A DNA stretch of 64,000 bases from Macrostomum lignano. Taxonomy: Eukaryota. How positions within the stretch are numbered: position 1 is the stretch's first letter; every line of letters begins with the position of its first letter. A program made the position numbers and the translations under genes. Location: assembly GCA_002269645.1 (NCBI GenBank), contig NIVC01002340.1, positions 1 through 64,000 of the forward strand, written 5' to 3'. Shown here in pieces: positions 1 to 11,560 of the stretch. Below the pieces are notes generated by a model. It did not search any database. It had not been told where the DNA came from and worked only from the letters and a program-made list of their open reading frames with translations.

Positions 1-300
1 AGTGGGTTCAGATCCCTACTGAGGATCTTGAGAGAGTGGGTTCAGATCCCTACTGAGGATCTTGAGAGAGTGGGTTCAGATCCCTACTGAGGATCTTGAG
101 AAGTGGGTTCAGATCCCTACTGAGGATCTTGAGAGAGTGGGTTCAGATCCCTACTGAGGATCTTGAGAGAGTGGGTTCAGATCCCTACTGAGGATCTTGA
201 GAGAGTGGGTCAGATCCCTACTGAGGATCTTGAGAGAGTGGGTTCAGATCCCTACTGAGGATCTTGAGAGAGTGGGTTCAGATTACGAGAGATTGAGGAT
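1..300. repeat. 34-bp minisatellite (agtgggttcagatccctactgaggatcttgagag)n, runs off the window start
   Basis: About 8 near-identical units read directly from the sequence. Confidence 0.95.
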
Positions 301-842
301 CTTGGGTGGGATTCAGATTACGAGTGAGAATATGAAGTCCGCAACATAAAAGCGGATCCTTGAAATCATGTGTTAAAGTTTTCTTTAATTTTTAAAAGAA
401 TTCTGCACCAACATGGCTTAAGTTCTCTGACTGCTGTCAACAGAAGACAAGACGGACAATTTTAAGAAAGCGAACCCGAAGAAAACTTTAGTGACAAAAC
501 AAAAGTGCATCGCCAAAACTCTGCATCTGTAAGGTAGCGGCGTAGCACGATTGTCATTTTTCTTCCTCAAAGGTCGTTTTTAGCAAAAGAGCCGACTGAC
601 TGACCCGCAGTGTGTCGCATGCATCATCAGCGAACAGGCGGTCTGATGTGCGAAAACTGCAACAAAAACACGTCGCTCCTCAGCGCCTGCCGGGTCCATT
701 CTCTGGGCGGCCACATTTTGGGAGCCGTGCAGCACACTCGATTCGTGTGCGCATGCGCCATTTACTGCGGGCAGAGCTTGGCATGGAGTTCTATATACGG
801 TATCTGGACAGCGTACGTATATTTTCTATCCACGTGTTACAA

Positions 843-1020
843 GTGGGTTGTAGCCTAGCGGTCGTCGGACTCACTACTGATAAGTGCAGGGTTTCGAATC
901 TTCACCCTATTACTCGGAACAATTTGTGTCCTTGAGCAAGACACTTAATTAACTCTGCATTGCTTTCAGTCTGACCAGCTGTAAAATGGGTGCATTAGCT
1001 GGGGTAATTAAGGGCAGGTG
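843..1020 (+). mobile_element. tRNA-derived SINE with CORE-like domain
   Basis: A-box-like tagcctagcgg (~851) and B-box-like ggtttcgaatc (~890), followed by tgtgtccttgagcaagacactt...cagctgtaaaatgggt, which resembles the CORE-SINE central domain (tgtgaccttgggcaagtcactt...catctgtaaaatggg). Confidence 0.7.
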
Positions 1021-1483
1021 TAATCAATTAATATTATCATTATTTTGAGTTCCAGGCACGTAGTGAAAATCTATAATGGCAAAAGTATCACAACTTTTTG
1101 GACAACCCTCGGTTATCTTAATCAGCGTTGAAATGTAACTGATAATGATAAAATGATACAATTGTTGGCGTCCACTCCAGGTAGCTATTTTAAGTGCTCC
1201 TTGCCCGCATCGATGATGCCGCACTAGGGCTGCTGGGATGCCGGCTTTCTGCGCAGTGCCACCGTGCCGGGGCCGCGGAAGGGTTGGGAAAGTTTTTAAT
1301 TTCTCCTACTTGCCACTTTTAGCAAATTATTGGCGTCCTTTGTTTCTAGCCAAAAGCCGTCTGGCATCGACTTGCGCTCGTTCCTTCACGACCACTTCTG
1401 CTGGTGAAAGCTTTTTTCAGTATGTTCTACCTCTGCTGCTGATTTTGCTTCTTACGAGCTTTCACAGGCATTTATGGCCAATA

Positions 1484-2993
1484 TTATGGTCTTCTGCTGC
1501 TACTGGTCGCCCTGCTGCAGCCTCTGCTTAACCCGTGGCTTTCTGACTCTCTGTGTTAAAGTGCTCTCTCTCTCTCTTTCGGTTAATTAACCCCCCTATT
1601 AGCATCTGGCTGAGACTCTTTGTCTCTCCCTCACCTCTCCTCACTTCTCCCTCATCCCCTCACCTTCACTTCTCCTCATCTCCTCACCTTCACCTCTCCC
1701 TCACTTCTCCCTCATCCCCACCTTCACCTCTCCCTTATCTCTCCCTCATCCCCCACCTTCACCTCTCCCTCACTTCTCCCTCATCCCCACCTTCACCTCT
1801 CCCTTATCTCTCCCTCATCCCCCACCTTCACCTCTCCCTCACTTCTCCCTCATCCCCCACCTTCACCTCTCCCTTATCTCTCCCTCAACCCCCACCTTCA
1901 CCTCTCCCTCAACTCTCCCTCATCCCCCACCTTCACCTCTCCCTCATCTCTCCTTCACTTCTCCAAAGACCACTAGCAGTATATCAGAACACTCGTGATT
2001 CGTAAAAACATTTTTGGAGTCGATTTTCAAATGTGATCCTTGCATTTTTTCCTCACCTTTCTCTCCTCTGCACCCTCTCAAGCCCAATCATCCCCTCCAT
2101 CACTCCCTTTCTCATTATTTTTTTTGCCTCCCCCATCCGCAACCACACCTGACAATGGTGAGCTTTAGCGAGTTTCCCGACTCCTTGATAACCTCGGAGG
2201 CCTGGGCGTGGCTCAGCTGGCGGGATTTTTTCCCGTTCACCGTCTGGATCGCGTCGCCAACGCGAAGTTTCCCTTGGGCCGGCGAGTTCGGCTCCACCTG
2301 AGTGGGGTTGGGTTATTTAGCTGGTGTTGTAATGGTGTTATAGCTGTATGCTGATTGCTATGACTACAGCTGATTGTTGCTATGGCTTGGTTGCTATGGC
2401 TACGGTTTGGTTGTTGCTATGGCTTGGTTGCTATGGCTACGGCCTGGTTGTTGCTATGGCTTGGTTGCTATGGCTAGGGCCTGGTTGTTGCTATGTCTAC
2501 GGCCTGATTGTTGCTATGGATTTGTTGCTATGGCTACGGCCTGGTTGCTTCTATGGCTTGGTTGCTATGGCTACGGCCTGATTGTTGCTATGACTACGGC
2601 TTGGTTGTTGCTATGGCTACGGCCTTGTTGTTGCTATGGCTACGGCCTTGTTGTTGCTATGGCTACGGCCTTGTTGTTGCTATGGCTACGGCCTGATTGT
2701 TGCTATGGCTTGGTTGCTATGACTACGGCCCAATTATTGCTATGGTTTGGTTGCATGGCTACAGCCTGATTGTTGCTATGCGCCGGTCGCTAGCAGGACA
2801 TGAGTTGGGCAAGAACAGGAATTGTGAGACTCGCCCGCATCACGGTCAGCTGGGTCCTGTAGTCGGCTCCGCCCTGCAGCCGGAATCCCCAGCGCTGGTC
2901 AGGCGATCTGTGCAGCGCCACGTCTATTGTGCTGGGCGCTGACGGTTGTGGCGCCGCTGGCGCCGACGGTGGCGACATCACCATGGCGTACAT
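1484..2993 (-). CDS. PDZ-domain protein, Zasp/ALP-Enigma (PDLIM)-like; exons 2993-2835, 2297-2149 and a tentative terminal exon 1550-1484
   Basis: Spliced translation TIDVALHRSPDQRWGFRLQGGADYRTQLTVMR|VEPNSPAQGKLRVGDAIQTVNGKKSRQLSHAQASEVIKESGNSLKLTIVR is a complete PDZ with the WGFRLQGGxD hallmark. Intron 1 is GC-AG, phase 0. The last exon and the exact start ATG are uncertain. Confidence 0.85.
1620..1965. repeat. pyrimidine-rich degenerate minisatellite in PDZ intron 2
   Basis: Repeated ctccctcatcccccaccttcacct units. Confidence 0.85.
2345..2780. repeat. degenerate ~15-26-bp minisatellite (ttgttgctatggctacggcc) in PDZ intron 1
   Basis: Direct reading; explains the overlapping spurious ORFs. 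Confidence 0.9.
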
Positions 2994-3654
2994 TATTCGA
3001 TAGTATACTTGTATTAACCGGCGCTAAACTCGATCGCGAATCTCGGGCGAGAAAAGCTGCAACGAGAACGCGAGCTGGCTCTTCTGCTTAAATTTGTCGT
3101 CATTTCGGCTTAAAAAGGTTTAATTATGCTTCAATATGTGCTTTTCAACTCTAGCCCTATAAACTACGAAAACCTGGGTGTCTAGGCGTCAAGGCTGCAT
3201 GAGAATCTTATTATATTAAATCATTGATTAAAATTTGCATATTCGAGATTATAAATGCGCATAATACGAGGAGGAAATTAATTATTATGAAGCTTACAGT
3301 ATATAATGAAATTATGTTTCTTCCGTTGAGTATAGCTAGTTGACTGTAAGTCGAGCCTTTTCCATATAGAAGTATAATTTGCCAAGTTCTGCCAATATTT
3401 TGTGTATACAGAAGCTACATGTATTATAGCTATTATATAGTCTGGCACACGTTTGACAGCGTCTAGCTAGCTGTCCTCTGATTGGCTTAGACAGTTAAAT
3501 GATTTCCAATGCCTATGAGAATGCAGATGACTTAAACATTCTCTCACATACTCGAAATTATGCATCATTGCAGTGCGTACGTTTCAGGGGCGTCGCCCCC
3601 CTCCCCCAGTAAAATTGCTTTACTTTGTCCCCCCGCACTGCGGCGCTAAAGTGA

Positions 3655-4445
3655 GTGACTGCAGTCCTGAAATGAGTGTCTGTAGAGATATAATGAGTGA
3701 CTGCAGCGCTGAAATGAGTGTCTGTAGAGATATAATGAGTGACTGCAGCCCTGAAATGAGTGTCTGTAGAGATATTATGAGTGACTGCAGCGCTGAAATG
3801 AGTGTCTGTAGAGATATAATGAGTGACTGCAGCGCTGAAATGAGTGTCTGTAGAGATATAATGAGTGACAGCAGCGCTGAAATGAGTGTCTGTAGAGATA
3901 TAATGAGTGACAGCAGCGCTGAAATGAGTGTCTGTAGAGATATAATGAGTGACTGCAGCGCTGAAATGAGTGTCTGTAGAGATATAATGAGTGACTGCAG
4001 CCTGAAATGAGTGTCTGTAGAGATATAATGAGTGACTGCAGCGCTGAAATGAGTGTCTGTAGAGATATAATGAGTGACAGCAGCGCTGAAATGAGTGTCT
4101 GTAGAGATATAATGAGTGACTGCAGCGCTGAAATGAGTGTCTGTAGAGATATAATGAGTGACTGCAGCCCTGAAATGAGTGTCTGTAGAGATATAATGAG
4201 TGACTGCAGCCCTGAAATGAGTGTCTGTAGAGATATAATGAGTGACTGCAGCCTGAAATGAGTGTCTGTAGAGATATAATGAGTGACTGCAGCGCTGAAA
4301 TGAGTGTCTGTAGAGATATAATGAGTGACTGCAGCGCTGAAATGAGTGTCTGTAGAGATATAATGAGTGGCTGCGCAGCGCTGAAATGAGTGTCTGTAGA
4401 GATATAATGAGTGACTGCAGCGCTGAAATGAGTGTCTGTAGAGAT
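3655..4445. repeat. 42-bp minisatellite (gagtgactgcagcgctgaaatgagtgtctgtagagatataat)n
   Basis: About 19 units; the flanks carry a short imperfect inverted repeat (ggggcgtcgccc ~3586 / ggacgacgcccc ~4529). Confidence 0.95.
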
Positions 4446-6822
4446 AAAATTATGTAACGCAACAACAGAGTCCCAAAAGAGAAAATTTTCGTTCCAGACT
4501 TTTAGTTTTGTCTCCCCCACCATTAAAAGGACGACGCCCCGGACTGTCACGTAACGTCGTACACATTTATGGCACGGAACTTAAAAGGTTTTATAAAACA
4601 AATCCTTCTGAGTCTTCGTGGCTTTACTAAATTGCTTTAAAAGATAACCATGCTTCGTATACAGTACATGTTACACTTACGTGTACATGTAGAACTTTGA
4701 ATTGAAATTTAGAAGGTTTATCTTTAGATGTATATCAATTATCTATGAGCGCCTAGACGTGTACATTTAAGCTACAGTAGCTTCGTGGTTCATGGATTTT
4801 ACTTGAAAAAGCTACACGTAGTGTACATGTAAGTTGGGGCTTAAGGCAGCTGGATTCACAATCATCATCGATCAGTTTCCGATAATCGCAGTTGAGCTGC
4901 ATGGCGGATCCCGAGGTTTGTCCACGGTTGCTGCGACTACTCGTACGAGTATATAAGTTTGAAAGTTTTGAAAAGAATATTGAAAGCAAATCGGATATGA
5001 CTAACTGCATCAAAATTTATCATGAGCGATGCGGTTCAGGAAAAAGCATGATTATTGGGAATTCGAATGGTCGAGTCAAGGACCCTATACTGCCACACTA
5101 ACATGTATGAGGTTTTATACATGTACCCCTCTTGTCAAATGGATACAGTACATGTTTTAGCATGTAACAATCATAACTTAAATAATAATAAAAATTACAA
5201 TATTATTTTTTCACATTAAACAAAACAACTAACAATTGCAATATTTAGTTAAAATTATATAGAGCTAACGCTCCTTGTTACACGTAGTTGTGAGTGTGGC
5301 GCCTACCCATCCCAATCTCGTCGGTGTGAATGTCAGAGACCATCATACTCGTATTTACGGCAACCGCAATGTACACAAATGCGGGGCGTCGGGTCCACCC
5401 AGCAGGTTCGCGTTCCACGCGTTCACTTAAGCGAAACCTCCGCATCCTGCGTGACTGGCTGGATGCAGTTTTCTCTGGCCATGAATTTTTTTACTATAAG
5501 CATGATTTCCTCCAAGAAAACCCACCTAAATTAAGAAAATTAAATTACATTGTGAAAAAAGCTGGAAAATTTACGATTTGAGTAATCATAATAACCAATA
5601 GTTGATGAACCTTAGAGTAAATAATCATAGGAGAAATTAATGTCAATAAAATAACCTCTTAAATCTTTAAGGTTTTTATTTTTTCATCTTCAGCAAAGTC
5701 GATCCTAAAGGCCTACTTAAAAAAATCGCTGAATAGACCATCTCGTTTTTTAACTGGGTAGTCAAAGAACGAAAGTCAAATCAGACGATGCAGCAGGGAT
5801 TCCCTGAGCGATATTCAAGATCGATATTCGGAAATAACAAAATCTCTGCTTTAAAAACACCAAATGCCATGATTTTGTACAGAAAAAACATCACCCACGA
5901 GATAAACCGACTTGAAAAAAATTACGGCTACAGATCGAAAGGACTTTTTACAATTTGCAAAAAACTGGTGCTTCCCTATCTCCACAGTGTATATTAGATT
6001 GATATTCGATTTCGAGTACTTCTGCTTGCTCTCTGTCGCTGAAAATTGACACGCAGGACTTCACCCAGACACTAAGCAATTATCATAACTCAAACCGAAC
6101 TCAAAGCTTCATTGTACTCAATTTGAGTATCAATCTAATATATCGTTGAATGTGAAAATTGGAACATCTCTATTGAATTTTTCTCAAATATTTCTCGAGT
6201 AGGAAGCTTTGAGCTTTGAGCAAATTGTAAAAAGTCCTTTCTATCTGTAGCTGTAATTTTTTAAAAGTCAGTATGGAATGTCTAGCATATAGATCATGAG
6301 TAAATTTGTTTTTCTGGCATAAATTTGTATTTATAGTGAAGGACTTCATTTTTTCTAGCATAGGCTCTACCATATAACAGATTTAAGAATGTGGTTTGAT
6401 TGCTATCCAATTGCCAGATTGCTAGGTAGACATGGCCAACAGCTGGATGTTTGCTAGCTGTGGGTATTTAAATTGGTTTATTGACCACTAGTCACCAGTG
6501 CAGAGTATTGGTTGTCTGAGTCTTGGCATCCTCGGCCTCGGGTTGGACCAAGTGAGCTTCTAGGACATAATGACCAAGTTTATCAGCTGCAGAAAGCTGT
6601 TGCATCCAAATTGAATTTGGCCAAGGCAAGCTTTATATACCAATTGCTCCAGAAGACCAATCATCAAGATCTTCAAGATGATATATGCTGTGCTTCTCTA
6701 TAGCAGTCTGCATTATAAAGCCACTTAGAGCACTAGTAGCAGCAATAGTCTTTTCATTGTTGTCTAGATTGCCTGTTTTGCCACTAGTGATAGTAGTCAT
6801 TGCCTAGAACACCATATAATGA

Positions 6823-7428
6823 GGGTTTCAACCTACTTTGGCGAAAGAATTTTCGACGAAAGTCAATAACGGCGAAAAATACTTTTGCAATGACCATTTT
6901 GTCGAAAGCTGACCATTTCGGCAAAAAAATTTTTCTAAGTTTCGCTGAGAAGTTTTTTGTTTTAGAAGTAAGCTAAAAAAACAACAAACTTTAAAAAGAC
7001 TAATTTTATCTAAACATGTTTTCGTTTTGTCGCAGTTTAATTTAGTTGTTTTATTAGATGCCCTTCCATTACGGCGGAATTTCAAAGTACGATTTTAGGA
7101 GCCTGGTCTGATTTAATCTGAAAAACCACACCGTCATCATCCCTAATCTATCGACTGCATATCGATAGATCGCATGTACATAACATAGCTATGAGCTAAG
7201 TCATAAGTTTTTAAATTTTCTAACTGCAAATAATTTGCAGCAATGAACAATTTATTAAAAGCTTCAATCACCAAAGTGGTATATTTGCAATACATACGTA
7301 GCCCATCTTTTCGCCAAACTGGTCACTTTCTTTCGCCGAAATGTACATCTAGGCCTATTGAAACTTAAAATTCACTTTCGCTGAAGCGTCTTTCGCCAAA
7401 AATTCCTTCGCCGAAATGGGCTGCACCC
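6823..7428. mobile_element. 606-bp non-autonomous DNA transposon (MITE) inserted in the hAT pseudogene
   Basis: Imperfect ~40-bp TIRs (gggtttcaacctactttggcgaaagaattttcgacgaaag / ctttcgccaaaaattccttcgccgaaatgggctgcaccc), flanked by a duplicated ataatga(g) at 6816-6822 and 7429-7435. Confidence 0.85.
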
Positions 7429-8891
7429 ATAATGAGCCTGAGGGCTGAGGCCCTGAGCAATGGCATTAGTATCACCTTGGAATCCGAGATCATGATAGTG
7501 GGGATCCAACACAGTTGAAACAACAAAAGTCTTGTTTTCTTTTGCTAGAACATCAGCAAAATGACGTTGGATAGACTTAGAGAGCATCTTAGCAAGAGTC
7601 TAGACTCCCAATAGCCTCTGGCAAGTCAGCTGCCACCTTTAGAAACTTGCAGAGACCCTAGATCTGCAAATTTTTAAATCAGAAAAATGAGAAAATGTTA
7701 TGCATGTTCTATGAGTATAGTCTATATATGCATCCATGTATACAATATGTAACTAATGTCTGTGTATATTTTTATATGTACATCTTCATATATACCGGAA
7801 TGTGATGAATGCACATTTACAGAATTCATATCTTACTATAGTAGTTCAATGATATAATAAAACAGTTTAATTTGTATTTACCTTTGGCAGAACAATGCTT
7901 ACTAGTCCTCTTCCAGAGAGCCAAAGTCCTAGATCTTGAATCAGTTGCAGCAGAAAAATTAGTGGATTGATAAGATCCTACTTAGAATGGGTCAATATAG
8001 CAGCCACTTTACGCTAGGCGCTGTATAGCTGAACAACTTGTGCCTAATGAATAGATTTTGAAGTTGATACCAAATCATGCAATCATTTTAAATTACCTAT
8101 GTATCTAAAGCTAACTTCTAGTATTACTGAGATATCTTTAATATTACTTAAAGTAGACAAGTGTAAGGACAGATAAAAAAGGTCTCTAATTACCTAGTCT
8201 CGAAAAGACACCAGCATGTCAAGTGCTGAATCCTATCTTGTTCATAATCATATATCCTAAATGAGCTTTTGGATGTTTCGGCCATCAGGTCTTCACAACA
8301 CTTCTTCCATTCACTGTGTGCCTTAGGTGACTTAGAGAAGTGCTATACAATTGTGTAGCAATGGGATAAAAATCATTGTTTGCTATGCTCTGGGCTTATT
8401 GGCATTGTCAAGAATTTTGAAAATGCAATTTTGCAGCTTGTAAATGACACAAGATATCACAAGGCACCTTTTAAAAATAATTATGGGTATCAAAGTTAGT
8501 GTTACAAATTATTACTCATAGTAGGGAATTGAATGTTGGAATTTATACTATTTAATTCCATATTATTATTATTATTGTAAAGCAACTTTGAGACAATTTG
8601 CTCAGAAGTCTATTGTCTGTTGGCTCAAAACTTATATACACATATAGATAATACTATGTAAGATTACATGCATTATACTATACTAATGTATGATGACTAA
8701 CTAGAATAAGATATAGTTGAAAAATTGAGACTCATTTAAAGCTGACAAATAGCACTTTACACTGAAGAGCCTTTATCCATGATGACAACCACAACTTGTT
8801 CTTTCACTTCCCATTCTACCATGATGGTCTATAGTGCACTAGCAATGTTTTCTCCAGTGGAAGCTCTATAGATAGGCTTATTACACAAAAC

Positions 8892-9668
8892 TAGGGAGCA
8901 ACTAGGATGGCCAAAGTTGGGCCCAGGTCGGGCCTAAGAATGATGACTCAGGCCCGGGTTGGGCCTCGGGAATTCGGGACAAGATCTTTAGGATAGTTCA
9001 ATAATTGGAAAAAAATCATCATAATAAATCTTAATACTTTTAGCATATGTGGATTACTATTAAATATATAGTAAATATATAGTAAATATTATTATTATTT
9101 AAATACATTAGGTAAGACTTAAGAATAGAATAAGAGTTACATTACAAGACTTAATACTCAAATATCAATATACTCAATAGTTCAAATTCAATGTCACTGT
9201 ATGGCACAAGTACTGTGTGTATGTGCCAGTGACAGTGATACTGACAGGCAGTGAGGTAGGCAAGCAAGCACTGTGGTAGTGCAGCTAGCACTGGCAGTGG
9301 CAGTAAGCAAAAAGAAGAAAAGCTGAAGCATTAAGTGTAAGGCACTTGGCATTGGAAGTAGTAAGGAAGTAAGAACCAAGTCAATTGATTCTTTTATTTG
9401 AATTTTTAGAATTTTTAGAATAAAATAATTTTATTCTTATTTGTATGCAGTTTGTGCCTTTAGGGAAAAAAAGAATTGTCACTTAAAGCTGACAAGCTGT
9501 AAGTGTCAGCTTGTTCTTTCAATTTCTAACAGTGTCAATTCTGGAAATTGGGACATTTGTCCCAATTTCTAGACTTTTTTAGGGTCAAATTGTTTCCCAA
9601 AAAGTCAGGAATCCCAACCAAAATCGTGGCCTGACCCAGGCCCTGGCCCGGGACTGGGTCACCCCCTA
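8892..9668. mobile_element. 777-bp hAT-type MITE inserted in the hAT pseudogene
   Basis: Exact 8-bp TSD cacaaaac (8884-8891, 9669-9676), termini TAGGG...CCCTA and GGCCC-rich subterminal motifs. Removing it restores the in-frame KLWKAVLCNKPIYRASTGENIA. Confidence 0.9.
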
Positions 9669-10411
9669 CACAAAACTGCCTTCCAAAGCTTAAACTGATC
9701 ATTAATCAGATGGGCAGTCAGGCTGACAATTGACCACTTTCCCTTTATCAAAGTCTATTCATCGCTTGTGCAAGCAACAGTTTCACTATTGCCCAAAAGA
9801 TTTCGCATATTCAAGTGGACATCTTTGTACAAAGCCAATACAACAATTTCCAGAAAATGTTGACGAATCGGGATTGAATAGTTTGGAGCCAAGAAGTGTA
9901 AAAGTTCTTGGAACCCTTGTTGTTCAACAAGGCTGAATGGCTGGTGGTCAATGGCTATCATCTTTCCTTTGAAATTAAATAGGAAAGGTACATATTTTGT
10001 GTGTATACAAGCATATTGCTGTTATAAAAACATGTTATACTTTTCACCAATTAGCCTCATGAACTATGACTGCATGTATACATGGTTTATTACACATGTA
10101 CATGCATCTACATACACATGTAGGTGTACAACTACATGTATATGTTGGATTTATTTGCTGCAAAGTGCAGGCTGCCAGATTAAAAAACTTGAGAAAAAAC
10201 ACCAATTAATTTAGTCAGATGAATGGCTTTAGGATGCTCTTCATCCCAAATTGCAGTTTGTTGTTGCAGTTGCTCAAGAGTAGGCTGAATCAACCTCTCT
10301 TTTTTGGGCAGCAGAAAGTCTCAATTCTCTTGCTAGATCTCCTTAGTAGCACATTTTCTTGATGATCTGTATAGGGCAGCCTCTTCCTGAGCATCATGCA
10401 GCTTGCCATCA

Positions 10412-11560
10412 TGTACATGGCAATAGACAAATGGGTTCAGTCTGGTCGATAATTGTACATTAAGAGACAAAATTATAACAAATTATTTGGCCATCACACA
10501 GAAACACATCATCATACATCACACATCACACGTGGCCATCACCATGTTTACTGGTCTCATGCTCAACTTTAATGCATTGTGCCCGCGCCAATGGAAGGCT
10601 GGTCTTGTCAGGTGCATGATGCACAGAGCATTTAGTATCTGTAGTACTTGGCAATCTTTCCACCAAGAAGTCGTCAAGCTCACTGACATTTTTCAACATA
10701 ATGGTTTCCCTAGGGGTTTTGTTGGTAAAGTGCTGAACAGATTTCTGACTAAGAAAATGACTGAGTCTAGTTTGACTGACGAAGATAAGAGGTCGAATTT
10801 CAGTGATTTGTTGATCAAACTCCCATTCCTTGGAGTCCCATCCCTGAGTCTGGAAAAGAAGCTTAAAAGAACCTTCTTGAAGTATTTCAACTCTTGGGTC
10901 ATGGTTGTGTTTCAGACTGCCAAAATTGGCCAGTTTGTTAGCAGGTTGAAGTCGAAGGCCCCTAGAGCTCTGTCTGCTGGTGTCATCTATCAATTTTGTT
11001 GCTCTGGTGATCAGAGCATTTCCTACATAGGAAAAACCAAAAGGCACCTGTACACTAGGGCTAGGGAGCATAGAATGAATAACTCTGCTGTGCATGATCA
11101 CTTGCTTAGTTGCAATGCTTGTTGTGAGCATGAGCCAACTGAGCTTTTCACTGTTTTGGATAGATGTAGATTTGATGGCAAGCTCAGAGTGCTGGAAGCC
11201 TTGCACATTAAGCATCATAGACCTAGTTTGAATACTCAGCTTGCAGGTGGAGGAGCCAGTTTACAGCTCAAGGTTTTCTAGGCTTGGTGTGGGTTTGATG
11301 CTCTCTCCCCGCCAATACTGTTTGCTCTGTGGTTGCATTTTCTGTGTGATGGCCAAATAATTTGTTATAATTTCGTCTCTTAATGTACAATTATTGACCG
11401 GACTGAACCCATTTGTCTATTGCCATGTACAGTTTTTGATTTTCTCTATTTAAGTATACTGAACTGTGAATCATGAGTGCAAGCCCTGAAGATGACCGCT
11501 TGTGTCGAAAGGCGTTGGCTATTATAATAATTTCTTATATGTTGGTGTTGGCCTTCATTT
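10412..11560 (+). mobile_element. 5'-truncated Penelope-like retroelement (RT C-terminus + GIY-YIG endonuclease) with an inverted terminal segment
   Basis: ORF 10487-11281 has the PLE thumb/linker (KAGLVRCMMHRAFSICS..HQEVVKLTDIFQHNGFP) and GIY-YIG (GVIYQFCC..SYIGKTKRHLYTRAREH..C..C..LEALHIKHHRPSLNTQ). Segment 10412-10504 is a 93-bp inverted copy of 11339-11431. The 3' boundary is approximate. Confidence 0.93.
11482..11520 (+). ncRNA. minimal type-I hammerhead ribozyme of the Penelope 3' end (likely mutated)
   Basis: AGCC-CUGAAGA-U-GAC-cgcuugu-GUC-GAAA-GGCG-UU-GGCU: catalytic core CUGANGA and GAAA, helix I AGCC/GGCU, helix II GAC/GUC. Helix III reads AGGCGU instead of the usual palindrome ACGCGU. 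Confidence 0.75.

Larger units (their letters stand above)
6400..10400 (-). pseudogene. decayed hAT-superfamily (Ac/ZBED-like) transposase with nested insertions
   Basis: Conserved hAT motifs in order on the minus strand: QPTLEQL..IWDEEHPKAIHLTKLIG (~10300-10200); MIAIDHQPFSLVEQQGFQELLHFLAPNYSIP..CTSDE*T..SLTAHLI (9961-9700); STGENIASAL*TIMVEWEV..VIMD (~8860-8770); HFSKSPKA (~8340); TR*DSALDML (~8240); STVLDPHY (~7510); NQFKYPQLA (~6470). Multiple stops and frameshifts. Confidence 0.88.

Noticed and set aside
1-300. Tandem Pol III B-box array (gggttcagatccc)
   Set aside because: It mismatches the invariant A of GGTTCRANNCC and has no A-box, so the resemblance is weak.
610-858. 82-aa ORF with HSLGGH (lipase-like) after a ctgac..cag acceptor
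   Set aside because: The nucleophile elbow lacks its first Gly, no other domain support or donor was found, and the ORF ends inside the SINE.
843-915. Functional tRNA gene
   Set aside because: The B-box is degenerate, no clean cloverleaf forms, and it runs directly into a CORE-like SINE body.
3558-4550. Long ORFs (330, 281, 145 aa) with repeated peptides
   Set aside because: They are translations of the 42-bp minisatellite, with no non-repetitive domain. The same applies to the ORFs over arrays at 17390, 19854, 23734, 33269, 35714, 47549-48722, 54859, 56907 and 59855.
4892-5101. ORF with CGSGKS, a possible P-loop
   Set aside because: It does not fit [AG]x4GK[ST], is short, and has no Walker B or flanking helicase context.
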